A stretch of DNA of 63,228 nt, filler included, from Octopus bimaculoides (taxonomy: Eukaryota), in assembly GCF_001194135.2 (NCBI RefSeq). It is 3 parts of 3 records of this genome, joined end to end, with 100 filler letters (N's around TTAATTAATTAA, not from the genome) between each part and the next. Parts side by side here need not be neighbours in the genome. Positions count along the whole stretch, not along the records: positions 1 to 28,829 come from NC_068999.1; positions 28,930 to 47,971 come from NC_068990.1; 1 more part is not named here. One strand, given 5' to 3'. A model generated the notes under the pieces. The model made no database searches, was not told the origin of the DNA, and was given only the letters and a program-made list of their open reading frames with translations. Of this stretch, positions 27,840 through 40,647 are shown piece by piece (the first letter of the stretch is position 1; each line of letters opens with the position of its first letter). A program made the position numbers and the translations under genes.

Positions 27840-28829
27840 ATTTAGTAGTAAACAAACCGATATCAGAACGTGGTTAATCGCTGAACGCCACAGAACTCTG
27901 TGGAAGTGTTGCATGCGGTGTTTTTTCTTTACTAACTCCGTGTTGTTTCTCTGTAGCTATGTACAGAATAGGTAATGGGGCAGACAATGGGGAAACACTT
28001 CCTGGTATCTTAACGAGTTGATTTGGAAATCGATAAAAATCTCGATCGGCCAAATTCCAAATTCCATATGATATCTTGAACGCCTTAGGGTAGTTTAGAA
28101 GGAGACATGAAAGAAAGGAGGAAGAAAATGTCATCTTCATGAAGTACGATAGATTGTGTGAATTTTGGAAAATCACATTCGCTGAGGTTAACTCTACCAT
28201 AATAATGTGTGTGTGTGCGTGTGCATGCTTGCGTGGGATTTTGCAGTCAAATTGATCTAATTGACGTTTTTGATTATTGAAATATTATGTGCGTATGGAT
28301 TACATAATGTCATATAAAACGGAGGAGTTAGGTTCAGACGTTATGTACTGAACATATTGATAATTAAATACAAGTTTAGGCACAGAATAAAAAGATTATA
28401 TAAAATTCACAATAATTAAGATAATTTATAAAAATATATAAAAAACAGATAAAATAATATATAAAATTGCATAAAGAACATATAAAATAATACATTCATG
28501 CAAGAGCGATTACACAATAAAAAGGTTGAGTCACAGCGTCAAACACCTGCCACTTATTCTCATGAAATCAGGTGCACTCAAACGCACCCATAAGCATTTT
28601 TTATGTTTCTTTTCTTTCTTTCTTTCCTTCTTTTTTTTTTGGTTTAATTCTTTTCCATTTTTTGCTCCCCCACTCCCCACCCTGCAAAGGTCTGGCATTC
28701 CTCCAGCTTCCATCCTCCTTCCAGCCTCGTAAATAGATGCGTTGGTACTGCTTGGGAGGCGGTGGGACATCAGCACCGTCCTATTCTGGATTCCACACTC
28801 AGAGTAAACTCTTCGTCTTTTTCCCTCTT

Positions 28830-28929
28830 NNNNNNNNNNNNNNNNNNNNNNNNNNNNNNNNNNNNNNNNNNNNTTAATTAATTAANNNNNNNNNNNNNNN
28901 NNNNNNNNNNNNNNNNNNNNNNNNNNNNN
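28830..28929. other. Synthetic 100-bp scaffold spacer (44 N + TTAATTAATTAA + 44 N)
   Basis: Identical layout at 47972-48071. The 12-mer gives stops in all six frames. Confidence 0.9.
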
Positions 28930-28985
<56 letters not shown>

Positions 28986-28986
28986 G

Positions 28987-29031
<45 letters not shown>

Positions 29032-29034
29032 AAC

Positions 29035-29124
<90 letters not shown>

Positions 29125-29516
29125 AATGACGACGACGAAGACGACGACGATGACGACGAAGGAAATATTCTGTGTATTACTGATGACAAGGCTCATACGT
29201 GTGTGCAATATAATTTCTACCTGAGGAATTACAAATCATGTGACAAAGGACAAGAAAAAAATCACATGAAAGTCAGGGAAAACGTAAAGGTGTTATAGAA
29301 AAACCTCTTCGTGAGGTGAAAGTACATAAACCTTCTTTTCTTTTTGCTCGATCTGGGATGAAATCCTGGGCATAGAGAATGGAATTACTCGTGAGGTATC
29401 CCCGCTTAACACGTTCCTTCCACTCGGTCCTACTTGTGCACAGGGGTGTCTTGTTGGATGTGGTCTTATTTATTATGTGTAACTCTGCATTGTTACAGTT
29501 ATCGTCGTTGCTCAGT

Positions 29517-29898
29517 GGAGGCGCAATGGTCCAGTGGTTAGGGCAGCGGACTCGCGGTCATAGGATCGCGGTTTCGATTCCCAGACCGGGCGTTGTGAGT
29601 GTTTATTGAGCGAAAACACCTAAAGCTCCACGAGGCTCTGGCAGGGGATGGTGACGATCCCTGCTGTACTCTTTCACCACAACTTTCTCTCACTCTTTCT
29701 TCCTGTTTCTGTTGTGCCTGTAATTCAAAGGGTCAGCCTTGTCACACTGTGTCACGCTGAATATCCCCGAGAACTACGTTAAGGGTACACGTGTCTGTGG
29801 AGTGCTCAGCCACTTGCACGTTAATTTCACGAGCAGGCTGTTCCGTTGATCGGATCAACTGGAACCCTCGACGTCGTAAGCAACGGAGTGTCAACAAC
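29517..29898 (+). mobile_element. tRNA-derived SINE, family C, full length and well preserved
   Basis: A box TGGTCCAGTGG and B box GTTTCGATTCC. The 3' half is shared with the elements at 53399 and 60194. Ends in (CAA)n. Confidence 0.85.
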
Positions 29899-30224
29899 GT
29901 TGTTGCTGTTATTGTTCAAGATATTGTGAACATCGCTCTTAATGAAATTAAATCTATAGATATATTTTCTTTGCGTTATTTTGATACTTTATTTTAATAA
30001 GTTTTGCCTCCCTGCTACTTTTTTTTTTCTTTTTGTTTCGCTATTGTGTTATCTTTGTGCAACGTCAATATCTTTCCGTCTTTGGGAACGGATCGTGCCG
30101 GGCCGATATTTAACATTGAATGCCAGCTAACAAATAAAAATATTGAAATGGCTTCCTTGCTAAATAACAGAAGACAGCCATCTGCAATGAGAAAGATAGA
30201 AAGCACGTCCGTTCAGGAAAAACT

Positions 30225-30270
<46 letters not shown>

Positions 30271-30271
30271 G

Positions 30272-30334
<63 letters not shown>

Positions 30335-30413
30335 ATAATAATAATAATAATAATAGTAATAATAATAATATTCAAGACGAAGAGAACGATTCGATTGTAA
30401 GATATTTTATTCG

Positions 30414-30456
30414 TTGAACGATATTTCAACAGTACGTCTGTCTTTGTCAAGTTCAA
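30414..30456 (-). ncRNA. Minimal type-I hammerhead ribozyme-like motif (U3/A8 core) in the Penelope 3' repeat region
   Basis: Minus strand reads UUGAAC-UUGACAA-A-GACAG-acgua-CUGUU-GAAA-UAU-C-GUUCAA: perfect 6-bp stem I, 5-bp stem II with a G.U closing pair, palindromic AUAU stem III, AUC cleavage triplet. Followed by AATAAA (30406-30411). Confidence 0.7.
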
Positions 30457-30706
30457 AATAAGAAGTGATAAAAATTAAAAATTACAGAAATTTAAATGTA
30501 AAGTATGAACGAGAGCAACCAGCGTCCACACGTTGATGGAATGACGTCATCAGTTTTTAAGTTCTAACTTAATAACAGGCGAAAAGAAAAAGACAGAAAA
30601 AGAAACAGAAAAAAGAAGACGACAGAAGAAAAGGAAAGAAAAAGAGAGAAAGAAAAATATTTAATCAAACAGTTTTGTATAAATTTGATGATATCCTCCT
30701 CTCATC

Positions 30707-31274
30707 TTATTCATTCCTCCGGAGTGTGATGTTAATAACCCGCAAACATTTCTCCTCATACATTCTGAGAAGTGAAAGTGAATGAGATTCAGAATATTTT
30801 CTGAGAATATGCACTTTGAAGTCTTCTTCAAAATTGCGGCCGCTTGAAACTAAATGTTCAGCAAGTTCTTTCGAACTACTGTTATTGTGCCTGACGTCGA
30901 ATCTGTGCGCATTAAACCTTTTGTTTAATTGTTCTGTTGTACATCCAACATAGATTGTGTTTCGTGCATTCTGCAACGTATACCAAATGGGAATCTTTAC
31001 ATGTTCCACCTTCTGTATAAATCATAACATTTCTGTTATGATTTCTGATGGAATTCCCTTCACTTATGTTGTTGCACAAAGAACAGGGCTTACCTCTCTT
31101 GCGGCCGTTCTTTAAGGTACAGCGTGCAGATACGCCAATGTTCGTTTTCTTGGAGTCAGATATAAAGGTCAATAATTGTCTTATATTCTTATTCCGTCTA
31201 AAGGCTACAATAGGCGGCTGAGGACGTGTGTAGGATCTTCCACATACCGGCTCGTCAGACGATGCCAAGGTCAT
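30707..31274 (-). mobile_element. Penelope-like element remnant: Cys-rich linker plus GIY-YIG endonuclease, frameshifted
   Basis: Two overlapping frames join as ...PPIVAFRRNKNIRQLL...RCTLKNGRKRGKPCSLC...TCKDSHLVYVAECTKHN / IYVGCTTEQLNKRFNAHR...ELAEHL. This is the VY..C...IYVG.T...R...H GIY-YIG pattern, with a Zn-finger-like linker as in Neptune-type PLEs. No RT domain visible. Confidence 0.85.
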
Positions 31275-32899
31275 ATTTTACTATAGTTTGTAGGAATTAA
31301 AATTGATAGAGTTACAAAATGACCAATATCCTGTCCTGAAATTAATCCGATAAATTCCCACTATCTCACGAGCTCCTAAAACACATTCACAAACGGTAAC
31401 TAATATTAACAATAATAATGAATTTACTAGAACATTGAAACACTAGTTTTATTTGAAATCAGAGTGTAGAGGGTTACAGTGGCTTAATAGTGCATTGCAT
31501 TGGATGTATTCTTCTGCTTAACGTTTCTGCTTGCCAAATTAGATATTGATTTTGATAGCCATGAGATTCTTAAAGAAATACCATTTCGGTTTCTTTGCTA
31601 AAATTATTTCTACAGTCTTCTGATGATTCCAACCAAGTAACATCGACCAAATTGTTCTTGATGCATGGAGTGGCACTGTGTCGAGTAATTTTTCAGACAT
31701 TTTTTTTGCAGTAGAGACACACATTTACATTGGACGTAAACGTCTAATGAATAGAACGAAATATATTCTGTTAACGATTGAAGTGTTTGTAGTTATCGAT
31801 TAGCGGTAGGTAATGGATAGGGAATAAGAAACACGTGAGGGGGAAAACAAGGAGGTGAAAAAAGGAAAGAGAAGTTCTAATGTGCTGCCGTTAATGTGCA
31901 GGGGTTCGACGAGTGAGGGGTAAGAAGCGAGAGCATGAGTATGCGTGCGTCTATGCGTGCATGTGTGTAAGAATTGAAGATAAATGCTGCCGTTAAGCTT
32001 GTTGTTGTTGTTGTTGTTGTTGTTATTACCGGTGGCAGCAGTGATGTGATGGTGGTGATGGTGGTACTGATGGTGATTGTGGTGGTGGTGGTGGTGGTGG
32101 GTAAATGAAGTATGTTCAAACTGTGTATATTTGGTATAAAAGTGTGCGTGTGAATAAGACGGAGAGGAAGATGGCGGTAATGATATCATACAAGTTCCTA
32201 CCTAGAGGCTAGAGTAGAAGGGAAAGAGTTGGAAGAAGGAGAAACAGAGGAGGTGAGAAATATCAGGTGTGCGTATGCGTGTGTACGTATGCATGTGTGA
32301 GTGCGTGTGTCTATGCTGTATGTATAGAAATGGTAGGTGGAGGTGTAGTAGGTACTGTCACCTTGTAGCAGTTATATATGGGAAAGTAAGATGGTCAGAA
32401 ATAGAAAGGAGAAAAGACAGAGTAACGTGAAGATAAAAGTATTTGCATGTTTATATTTGTGCGTTTGCTCACTAGTAACAGACAGAGCAGAATTGAGTAA
32501 CAGGTAGAATTATTGAACAATTTCCACCCTTAGGCTGTTACATAAGCTGATAATGGACGAGGAAAGTTATAGACATTGAAAAGAAAAGAATGTGTGTGGT
32601 AGAAAGAGAACACAAAGCATCGTAACAGCTGTAGCCCTGTAAAAGTTACATGAGGGAAAGAGGTAAAATTAGTGAAAGTGAGGCTGTGAGGGAATTGAAA
32701 GGAGGTAGATGAATGAATAACAGCTGAGGGGGAAAGAGAGAGTGTGTGAAAGAAACTGATAAGTATAAACAGATGATTAGAGAGACGAAGTAATTCAAGA
32801 GAAGAAATTTGATGGAGAAAAGATATAGAAAAGCGGATGAACTACAGGCAAATGTGAATGAGAGAGACTGAGGTATGATTAGAAACATTGAAACACTTT

Positions 32900-33356
32900 T
32901 AAAAGGAAAGAGAAATGTATTTCGCAAAACAGAGAGACTCCAAGTGGTTGCTTGGCCCGATGGAAATAGCAAACAAATTACAGTTATATTGAATTCTTCA
33001 GTGTTATTTCAAAAAGGGACAAATTGGCAACCTGGTCTCTGATATAGAAATTAGCAGGGTGTTCGCGGCTGGGATGCTTTTCCATCATAGATATGACCAA
33101 TCACCTCTGTAACAACAGGATCATGCAGTATGAGTGAAATAAGTTTTTTGAGAGACAAAAAGGGTGAGATAAGATCTAGTTGAGTGAGAATCAGAATTTG
33201 TGAAAGAAAGAAGAGAGCAGTCCGAGTTAGGAAGAAAAGACAAGGAATATCTCTAATGAAGATGTGTATTTTGATGAGCGATAAGTGTAATGTGTCAGAT
33301 GTTTGGTTTTGGGGTCAGCATGAAGGTTATCCGGAATATTGACGAAATGTGCAACC
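32900..33356 (-). mobile_element. Possible L1/Tx1 endonuclease-end remnant
   Basis: HYTYRSSKYTSSLEIFLV resembles the YTY...SRIDRFLV motif. KLISLILHDPVVTEVI resembles WKLN.SLL.D. Many stops and shifts. Confidence 0.35.
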
Positions 33357-33633
33357 AATAATGATTGAAACACTTAAACACTTAAAAAAGACATTTCTGC
33401 ACTAATCCCCATTGAATACATGTTGTTGCTGGAAAACATACATATGTGCATGTGTGTGTATGTGTGTGTGTGTATGTGTGTGTGCGAGTGAGTATGTGTG
33501 TGTGTGTATGCGTACGTGCGAGTGTGTGTGTGTGCACGTGCAAAGAAGTGAAGCGTAAGAGAGAGACACACATGTAAACGTTCATTTATATACATATATA
33601 TACTCACACACACATATATATATATATATACAG

Positions 33634-33695
<62 letters not shown>

Positions 33696-34040
33696 AAACT
33701 TACGTGTGTATACATGAGTGTATTCAGATATGTGTTGAAACCTTGCTCTTTTTCTCTCTCTTTCTCACTCTTTCTCTCTGTATAGATATATAGGCAGAGA
33801 GACAGACAGACAGATGAATAGATAGATTGATAGGTAGAGAGATAGATATGTATGTATGTCTGTATATATCTAGACCGCACGAAGCTGCTGATTCTCCTCA
33901 TCGCTAGTCAGTTTTTCGATACATAAGGCAACATTAGAAATCTATACTCCGTTATAACCGTTGACAACTTTTTTTTTCCTTTTAATACTACTCTAATGCA
34001 CGCATACAACATGTGCGCATGTGTGTATGTATGTATACAC

Positions 34041-34099
<59 letters not shown>

Positions 34100-35211
34100 T
34101 GTATATATACATACAGTACATCTACGGTATATCGCTATTTGTGTATGTATGAATATACGTTCGCCTATGCGTATGTGTGTGTGTGCGTGTCTGTGTGTGT
34201 ACATGTCTCTGTGTATGTATGTGTGGTGTGTGTATGTATGGTTGCATTTACATGCTTCTGAGTCTATTTGAGAATAGTTGAATTTCGCAAAACCATCCTC
34301 ACCCACCAATTTATGCAAAGCCATTTCAGCATTGTTTATTACCTATTCAACTGTCAAATCAGCTTTAAACGACAACAATTCCCTGACAATATATAACCAC
34401 ATACATCCTTAATCCTAAACCACACTAAATATGACATATTGATTACTTGAAACATTCGTTATTATCACATGTACAGAATATCCATTTTATTAATTTAATT
34501 ACAACCAAAAGCGGCTTCCTTCACAAACGCAACACGTTTGTTACCTATATTCCTATCCCTTCCCAATATATGTATCTTTTTATTTGTTATTCGGAGGTGG
34601 TTTTTTTTTTTTTTTTTGCATTTTCCTTCATTATTTTCTAGGTTTTGTTTATAGTTCGTTTCCTTTTTCGTTTCAGCACTCGTGCTGTTTGTTATTCATC
34701 TTCATGTGTAATTGATAGTTTCACTCAAATATGTTTTATTTATTCACTTTTATTATTCCATTTGCTTTCATCTATTTATCTTTAGTTATCTTCATTTAAC
34801 TTTGAACCAATAATATTGTTCTACGAAAGGAGGCGGCAATATCATTTCCCACTATGCAAATATAATTTTCCCCCTGTAAATGACACATACATGCACACGC
34901 TATGGCGGTTCATTTACCTGAGTAAACGAGACAACAAAATTTGTGTAGCATCTTAATCATATAAAGTTTAAATGCATATTAATTCAATTTACTTCACGGT
35001 ATTCAGAAATATTTCCCTTAATTGCATTCACACCTGCGTCACATATTTCGTATATACAAACATTTCCTCTACGCAGACGCACTTAGACACACACAGACTC
35101 AGACACACACATACGCACATATGAGTGTATATATATGTGTATAAATATGTGTGTGCGCGTGCGGGAGTGTGTTTGTGTGTGTCTGTGTGTGTGTGATTAG
35201 AGAGAAAGAAG

Positions 35212-36592
35212 ATGGGAGATACAAGAAACTTTATTGACCGCTGCAATTGTTTCAACCCATCTAGCGTAGATCTCTCGCAGTTGGGATATTATACAAGTGG
35301 TTTAGATATATTCCGCGGTGTAGATGTGTCTTCTCAGGTGATTTCAAGAGGCATCCCGTTAAAATAAACTCTGCTTCGCAAGAAGATTTCTTCTTGGTTT
35401 TTGTATATGGAAATGGCAAATTAACGTGTACAGCTTTATTCTTTTAGATGATCGATAACAAAGATCAGATACCAAACGAAACACACATACAACACTGCGG
35501 AGAAATTATTACAAATAAGCATTCGTAGATTGGATGTACAAACATTCACATATGCCTGGTCTGTCACATGTACACCCACTCGAGCAAACGCACATACAAG
35601 CATACACAACTGTGCATTTTGTAGACAAATAAATAGTTCATTAATAAGTTTTCAGAAAGACTATCAAGATGCTTGTATACTAATATATGTACTATCGTAC
35701 AATACAGTGGGCGTTAATTAGAGCAATCCTTGATTAAACTAATAGCCACACTTAACCAAATTGTATAGATGAATAACCGCAACCTCCCCATTATTACAAA
35801 CACAATGCCACTCTAGTTACCAGCATCACTGAGATACCGCTTGGTCATTGTGTACAGCTTAAAGCAAGATAAATACTAATTTGTATCTCTCAATACGTAT
35901 CACCCACCGTGTGATGTAAACGCAAAAAAAGCCTACGACTGACTACACTGGAGAGCCAACTTTGGTACTGATGCTTTCTACAGTCTATCGGTTGTTTCAT
36001 TAGCCGTCCACTCCAAACAAAAAAAAATTACTATATCAGTATTTATGTCCGTATTTATGATTGAACAAGTGTTATAAGCATATCAACCAGACCGCCCCAT
36101 AGAAACTATGACTCCTCACCAGGCGGTGTCGTATCACTAGCCAGTAATAGCCACTGATTTTATTAATGACAACTTAATTTTGTGTGCAAGCGTACGTGGA
36201 CCAGACCACTCGTGTGTATGTGTTTGTATGTGCGTGTGTGTTTGTACAAGCGAGTGTACGTGCGCCAGATCGCATATTTGTGGGTGTTTGTGCATCAATA
36301 TCTAATAATAATATCTATTAATTTCTTCGCTGTATGGTGTATTTGTGATGGATCTTCTATAAGAAGGAAGTTGTATGCCTTAATTTGCCATTTCTATATG
36401 CGAAGACCGAGAAGAAATCTTGGGAAACAGTTTATTTCAACGAGATACCTCTTGAAATTGCCTCAGGAGACACATCTACACCGAGGGATGCACCTAAACC
36501 AGTTTTATAGTATCCCAACCGCGAGATATCAATGATAGATTAGTCGAGACAAATGTAGTTAGTGATCTATAAAATTTCTCGTATCTTCTATC
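35212..36592. repeat. Diverged inverted-repeat pair, ~215-bp arms (35212-35424 and 36380-36592)
   Basis: The reverse complement of the left arm aligns by eye with the right arm (ttaatttgccattt...aagaaatctt...cctcttgaaat...gacacatctacaccg...tatcccaac.gcgaga). Confidence 0.85.
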
Positions 36593-36741
36593 CTCCGTTT
36601 CACATTAACATATATCCAACGAACACTGAGCCAGTGAAAGTGCTTTACCGGCAAACTACCAGTTCTATAACATACGATTTATTAACTAATAATAGTAATA
36701 ATAATAATAATAATAACAACAACAACAACAACAACAACAAC

Positions 36742-36794
<53 letters not shown>

Positions 36795-36890
36795 GCAAAA
36801 CACTTTCAATACACTAACCATAAGAGCACCACAGCAAACCACAGCACATGCCCAAGGCNNNNNNNNNNCAACAACAACAACAACAACAAC

Positions 36891-36943
<53 letters not shown>

Positions 36944-37079
36944 GCAAAACACTTTCAATACAGTAACCATAAGAGCACCACAGCAAACCACAGCACATGC
37001 CCAAGGCACACAGAGCTGCGCTCGGTAGTGATGTGAAAGCACGTTATAAAAATAAAACTACTGAACAATAATAATGATG

Positions 37080-37142
<63 letters not shown>

Positions 37143-37177
37143 GCAGCAGCAGCACCAACAGCAGCAGCAGCAGTGAC

Positions 37178-37226
<49 letters not shown>

Positions 37227-38096
37227 CCAGGGAGTGGCTTTCGAGATGCCCTGGTGCAGTTCCAGGGAGTGGCTTTTATGATGCTCTCAGGCAGTACTAG
37301 GCAGTGGCTTTCATGGCTTCTCCTTTTAACTAATTGGAAGTGTTATCATTTACATTGTTTTGTCTTGGTATAAACGATGGGCTACGGCAAATATTCTGCT
37401 CCGTACCACAGATTTCCTTGTCAGTTACTTGACCTTAAACAGTTGAGCATGTCCCTTGGTGGCTGACGATATGTGAATCTCCGATCACGAGCAGAAGCAA
37501 TGGGGTAGCATGATAGCCATGTGTTGAGAGGAGTTCTTTGGGGTTTGAATAATTCATCTCTGGAAACATGGTCGCTTTGATCATCATCATTAAACAACCC
37601 TTATATAGGGACTACTTGAGCAGGTTAGCATATTGGACTTTTAAAAAATTCTAACTGGGCCCCACCTGGGAGGTCATGCGCTGTTCATCTTGATAGGAGA
37701 TCACCGTGTGGCGCACATACGTTTGTGTTGCATGTGCCTGGTGTACCCTTATCAGACGGGTAGTCATGGTAGGTATATTAGGCTTCGTATATTTGTACTT
37801 CAGTATCACAAATGGTATGCGCTGTTCTCTCACTCAATAATAATAACAATATATACACACACATACGCACACATATACATATCATTGGCTCTATAGAGAT
37901 ACAATAAATATGCATTGAATAAATCACTCAATTCTGGTTGTAATATGAAAATAATATTTATTATTCATAATAATATTTGTTGGCTTTAAATATTCATTCA
38001 TACTTGCTTCCAAAACCATATTGCCCTGAGAAACAAATATCGGCTAAAATTCAAACTAAACAATCAGTATAATTAATAATACATATGATATGGTTA

Positions 38097-38134
<38 letters not shown>

Positions 38135-38849
38135 TGTGTGTGTTTGTTTTTGTCAGTAAACAGAAAATTTGCTGATATCCGTTTTACTAAGCATAGGATT
38201 CACATGTAATATAACCTGTGTTCTTGCTTACCACTCTTCATATTGCGATCGACTTTGTTTGTTAACATTTAATCAGCGATGGAGACCGAAAATTCTGTTT
38301 CGAAAGACTTAATCGATATTTTACGTTCTTCTTTCATTAAAATTTCCGCTGACTCCACAATATAAACAATCACAAAAGATGCATTTTAGTGCTTGTCATC
38401 ATATTTTCAAGTGCGGCAGCAACAGGGAAAGTCATATTTATTTTCGGGATCAAGGTTGATAGATCGGGTTACAATACACAAAAAAAAATAATAAATAAAA
38501 AATGAATAACTAAACATTCAACTCTTAGAAAGTTTCAAATACTGAACATTCAGATAAATGAATGAATGGAAAATACAAATTCTTTCCACTTTTCGAAACA
38601 AAGGAAAGAGATGATCAAGTACGAAAGGCAAAGACAAAATATATTTTAAAGTTTCTAAATACAAACTTAAACCGGAAATTGTCAATATGTTTTCGTTTGC
38701 ACAGATTACATAATAACATGTGTGTCTGAGAAATATGTAAACAGAGAAAAAGCTTACAGTACGAAAACACCCTTCGAAATATTCGTGTTATTTTAAGATT
38801 TTTTTATGTAATTAATAATTTTTAATTTAAGAAAATCTCTCTTCAAATA

Positions 38850-39005
38850 TTATGACTGTATAAAGAACTCTCCTGTCGCAGTTGATGTTGGTACTTTTGG
38901 TGCAATTGATGTTAGTGTTGTTGATGTTGTTGTATTACCATCTTTTCTCCTATGTTGTGGACAAAAAACTGTCATATGCTTTCTGCCCTCAGCAAACGAC
39001 AAACA
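38850..39005 (-). CDS. Candidate exon 3 (Cys-containing segment plus Thr/Ser-rich tail)
   Basis: Acceptor caatttttatatcag|TGT, phase 0, the only frame that stays open. Reads CLSFAEGRKHMTVFCPQHRRKDGNTTTSTTLTSIAPKVPTSTATGEFFIQS*. The 3' end is uncertain (alternative donors). Confidence 0.38.
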   Translation of the reverse strand, partial: CLSFAEGRKHMTVFCPQHRRKDGNTTTSTTLTSIAPKVPTSTATGEFFIQS

Positions 39006-39499
39006 CTGATATAAAAATTGTAATGATGAAGGTCATAGGGCCTGTGTACGATTAGGCTCGTAGATCATAGAACAAGATTGTAGCGTTGAATTTATTCTAC
39101 CCCCTAATGTATTAAAAATATAGATAGGATGAGTAATGGCACCGCCTTCAAGAATTGTAGTCGAACGACGCGACTCCAATATTTTTTGTAAACCTGGTAA
39201 ATTATTTGATCTATCTCTTTTGACGACCCACTAGACTACTCACCAAAACCAGCTGCCAAGCAGTAGTGGGTGCAAACATGGATACACAGGCGCACGCCCA
39301 CACACACACTCACACACATACACATTCACACACACACACACACACACATGCCCTCACAAAAACACACACATACGCACACGCGCGCGTACAGACACACATG
39401 GATACACACATACACACATACGCACACAATCCAGTTATTTCATCATGTTGAACCGTTAACCCGTAAACATTGTTTTTTTATCGCTTTGTTTATTTTTCG

Positions 39500-39630
39500 T
39501 TCTCTCTTTCTGTCGGAGAACGTAGGATCAAAACGCCAAAGGCTTTTCCATTCTTCCCGAGCGTTAATACACCTGCTTGTTACTCCTTAACCTGTATTCG
39601 TTTCTTGTTTTCTGTAAATTTGAACTATAT
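39500..39630 (+). repeat. Decayed second copy of the 19.44-kb hammerhead-bearing repeat
   Basis: tctttctgtcggagaacgtaggatcaaaacgccaaagg...ttcccgagcgtt aligns by eye with tctttctgttgaagagcgtagctcgaaacgtcaaagac...ttcccgagcgtc at 19451-19510. Confidence 0.65.
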
Positions 39631-40540
39631 ATATATACATATATAAATATACATTTGTATATATACGTCAGTCCTCTATCAGTTTTCATGTACTAAATCT
39701 ACTCACAAAGCCTTGGTCATCCCATGGATATACTAGATGGCACTTCTCATATATATAATTGCTTACAGTTTCGTGTGTGCGTGCGTTTGTGTGCGCACGA
39801 GTACGCGTGTGTGCGTAAGGGTATCTGTCAAACAAAGAAGTTCACGTAAATACTCCCGTCAAATCCATGGTGGAGTTGAAAGCATTCAGTAAATGAGATT
39901 AATACAAGCACAATCAATGAAATTTTGCACCAGTTCATTTCAATAAACATCACCCGATGTCCATATACGCTATCTTTATGATGATGTCTTTCAGATAATT
40001 TATGTTGTGTGTATGCATGTCTGTGTGTAGCACAATAGTGTGTGCCAGAATCATCTAAATATACGTAAGTTAATTGGACTATATTTGCTGATTTGATAAT
40101 CCTTCAACAATTATTTCAATTCTGTTCCATTATCGCCATTTTCCAATTGTTCGTTGTTTTTTTTTTACTTTTTATATATATTCTTCGCAACACCTTTAAA
40201 TGCATTTTATTGTTATACGTATGTATTTATTTTGTGTTCTACATTATCACATACAGACATGTAAACATACATGCATTCACACACACATATAGCGTGTGTA
40301 AATGTGTGTGTGTGTGTCGGGTAGTATTCGCATATATTTATATGTATGTATGTATGTATGTATGCATTCGCGTAGGAATGGATGAATGGATAGAAGTTCT
40401 ACTTTTGCTGAGAAAATGGAAGGACCGTCTCGTTCAATGTTTGATGATGAATTAATGGTGTAAATGGGGAACTGTTTGCTCTAGGCATTGCATTAAATAA
40501 CATTGAAGAAGACATGACACTAATGACAGTCTATGTGTAC

Positions 40541-40647
40541 CGGATTCTTATATATATCAAGAGTGACATTGAAACCGTGCTGCAGTTTGTTTAATGTTTC
40601 ATCAAAGAGTTGGTCAACTACTTTTCCAATTAACATACATGAAGCTT
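40541..40647 (-). CDS. Candidate exon 2 of the unnamed secreted protein
   Basis: Acceptor atgttttgatcag|AA (phase 1 in). Open frame (E)ASCMLIGKVVDQLFDETLNKLQHGFNVTLDIYKNP. Weak donor CCG|gtacac (phase 0 out). Confidence 0.38.

Noticed and set aside
28874-28885. TTAATTAATTAA island inside Ns (also 48016-48027)
   Set aside because: Identical 44+12+44 layout at both sites; an assembler spacer, not biology.
29517-29590. tRNA gene
   Set aside because: The A/B boxes continue into a SINE body and there is no proper acceptor stem.
33040-33120. Possible terminal exon EVIGHIYDGKASQPRTPC* after a good acceptor
   Set aside because: It lies within the probable L1/Tx1 remnant.
34290-35860. Short minus-strand exon-like pieces (VINNAEMALHKLV; LYTMTKRYLSDA)
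   Set aside because: Splice signals are plausible, but phases do not chain with the candidate gene and no motif supports them.
36790-37010. Apparent tandem duplication of a ~70-bp unit plus (CAA)(TAA) tract
   Set aside because: The copies flank a 10-N gap and are nearly identical; most likely overlapping contig ends.
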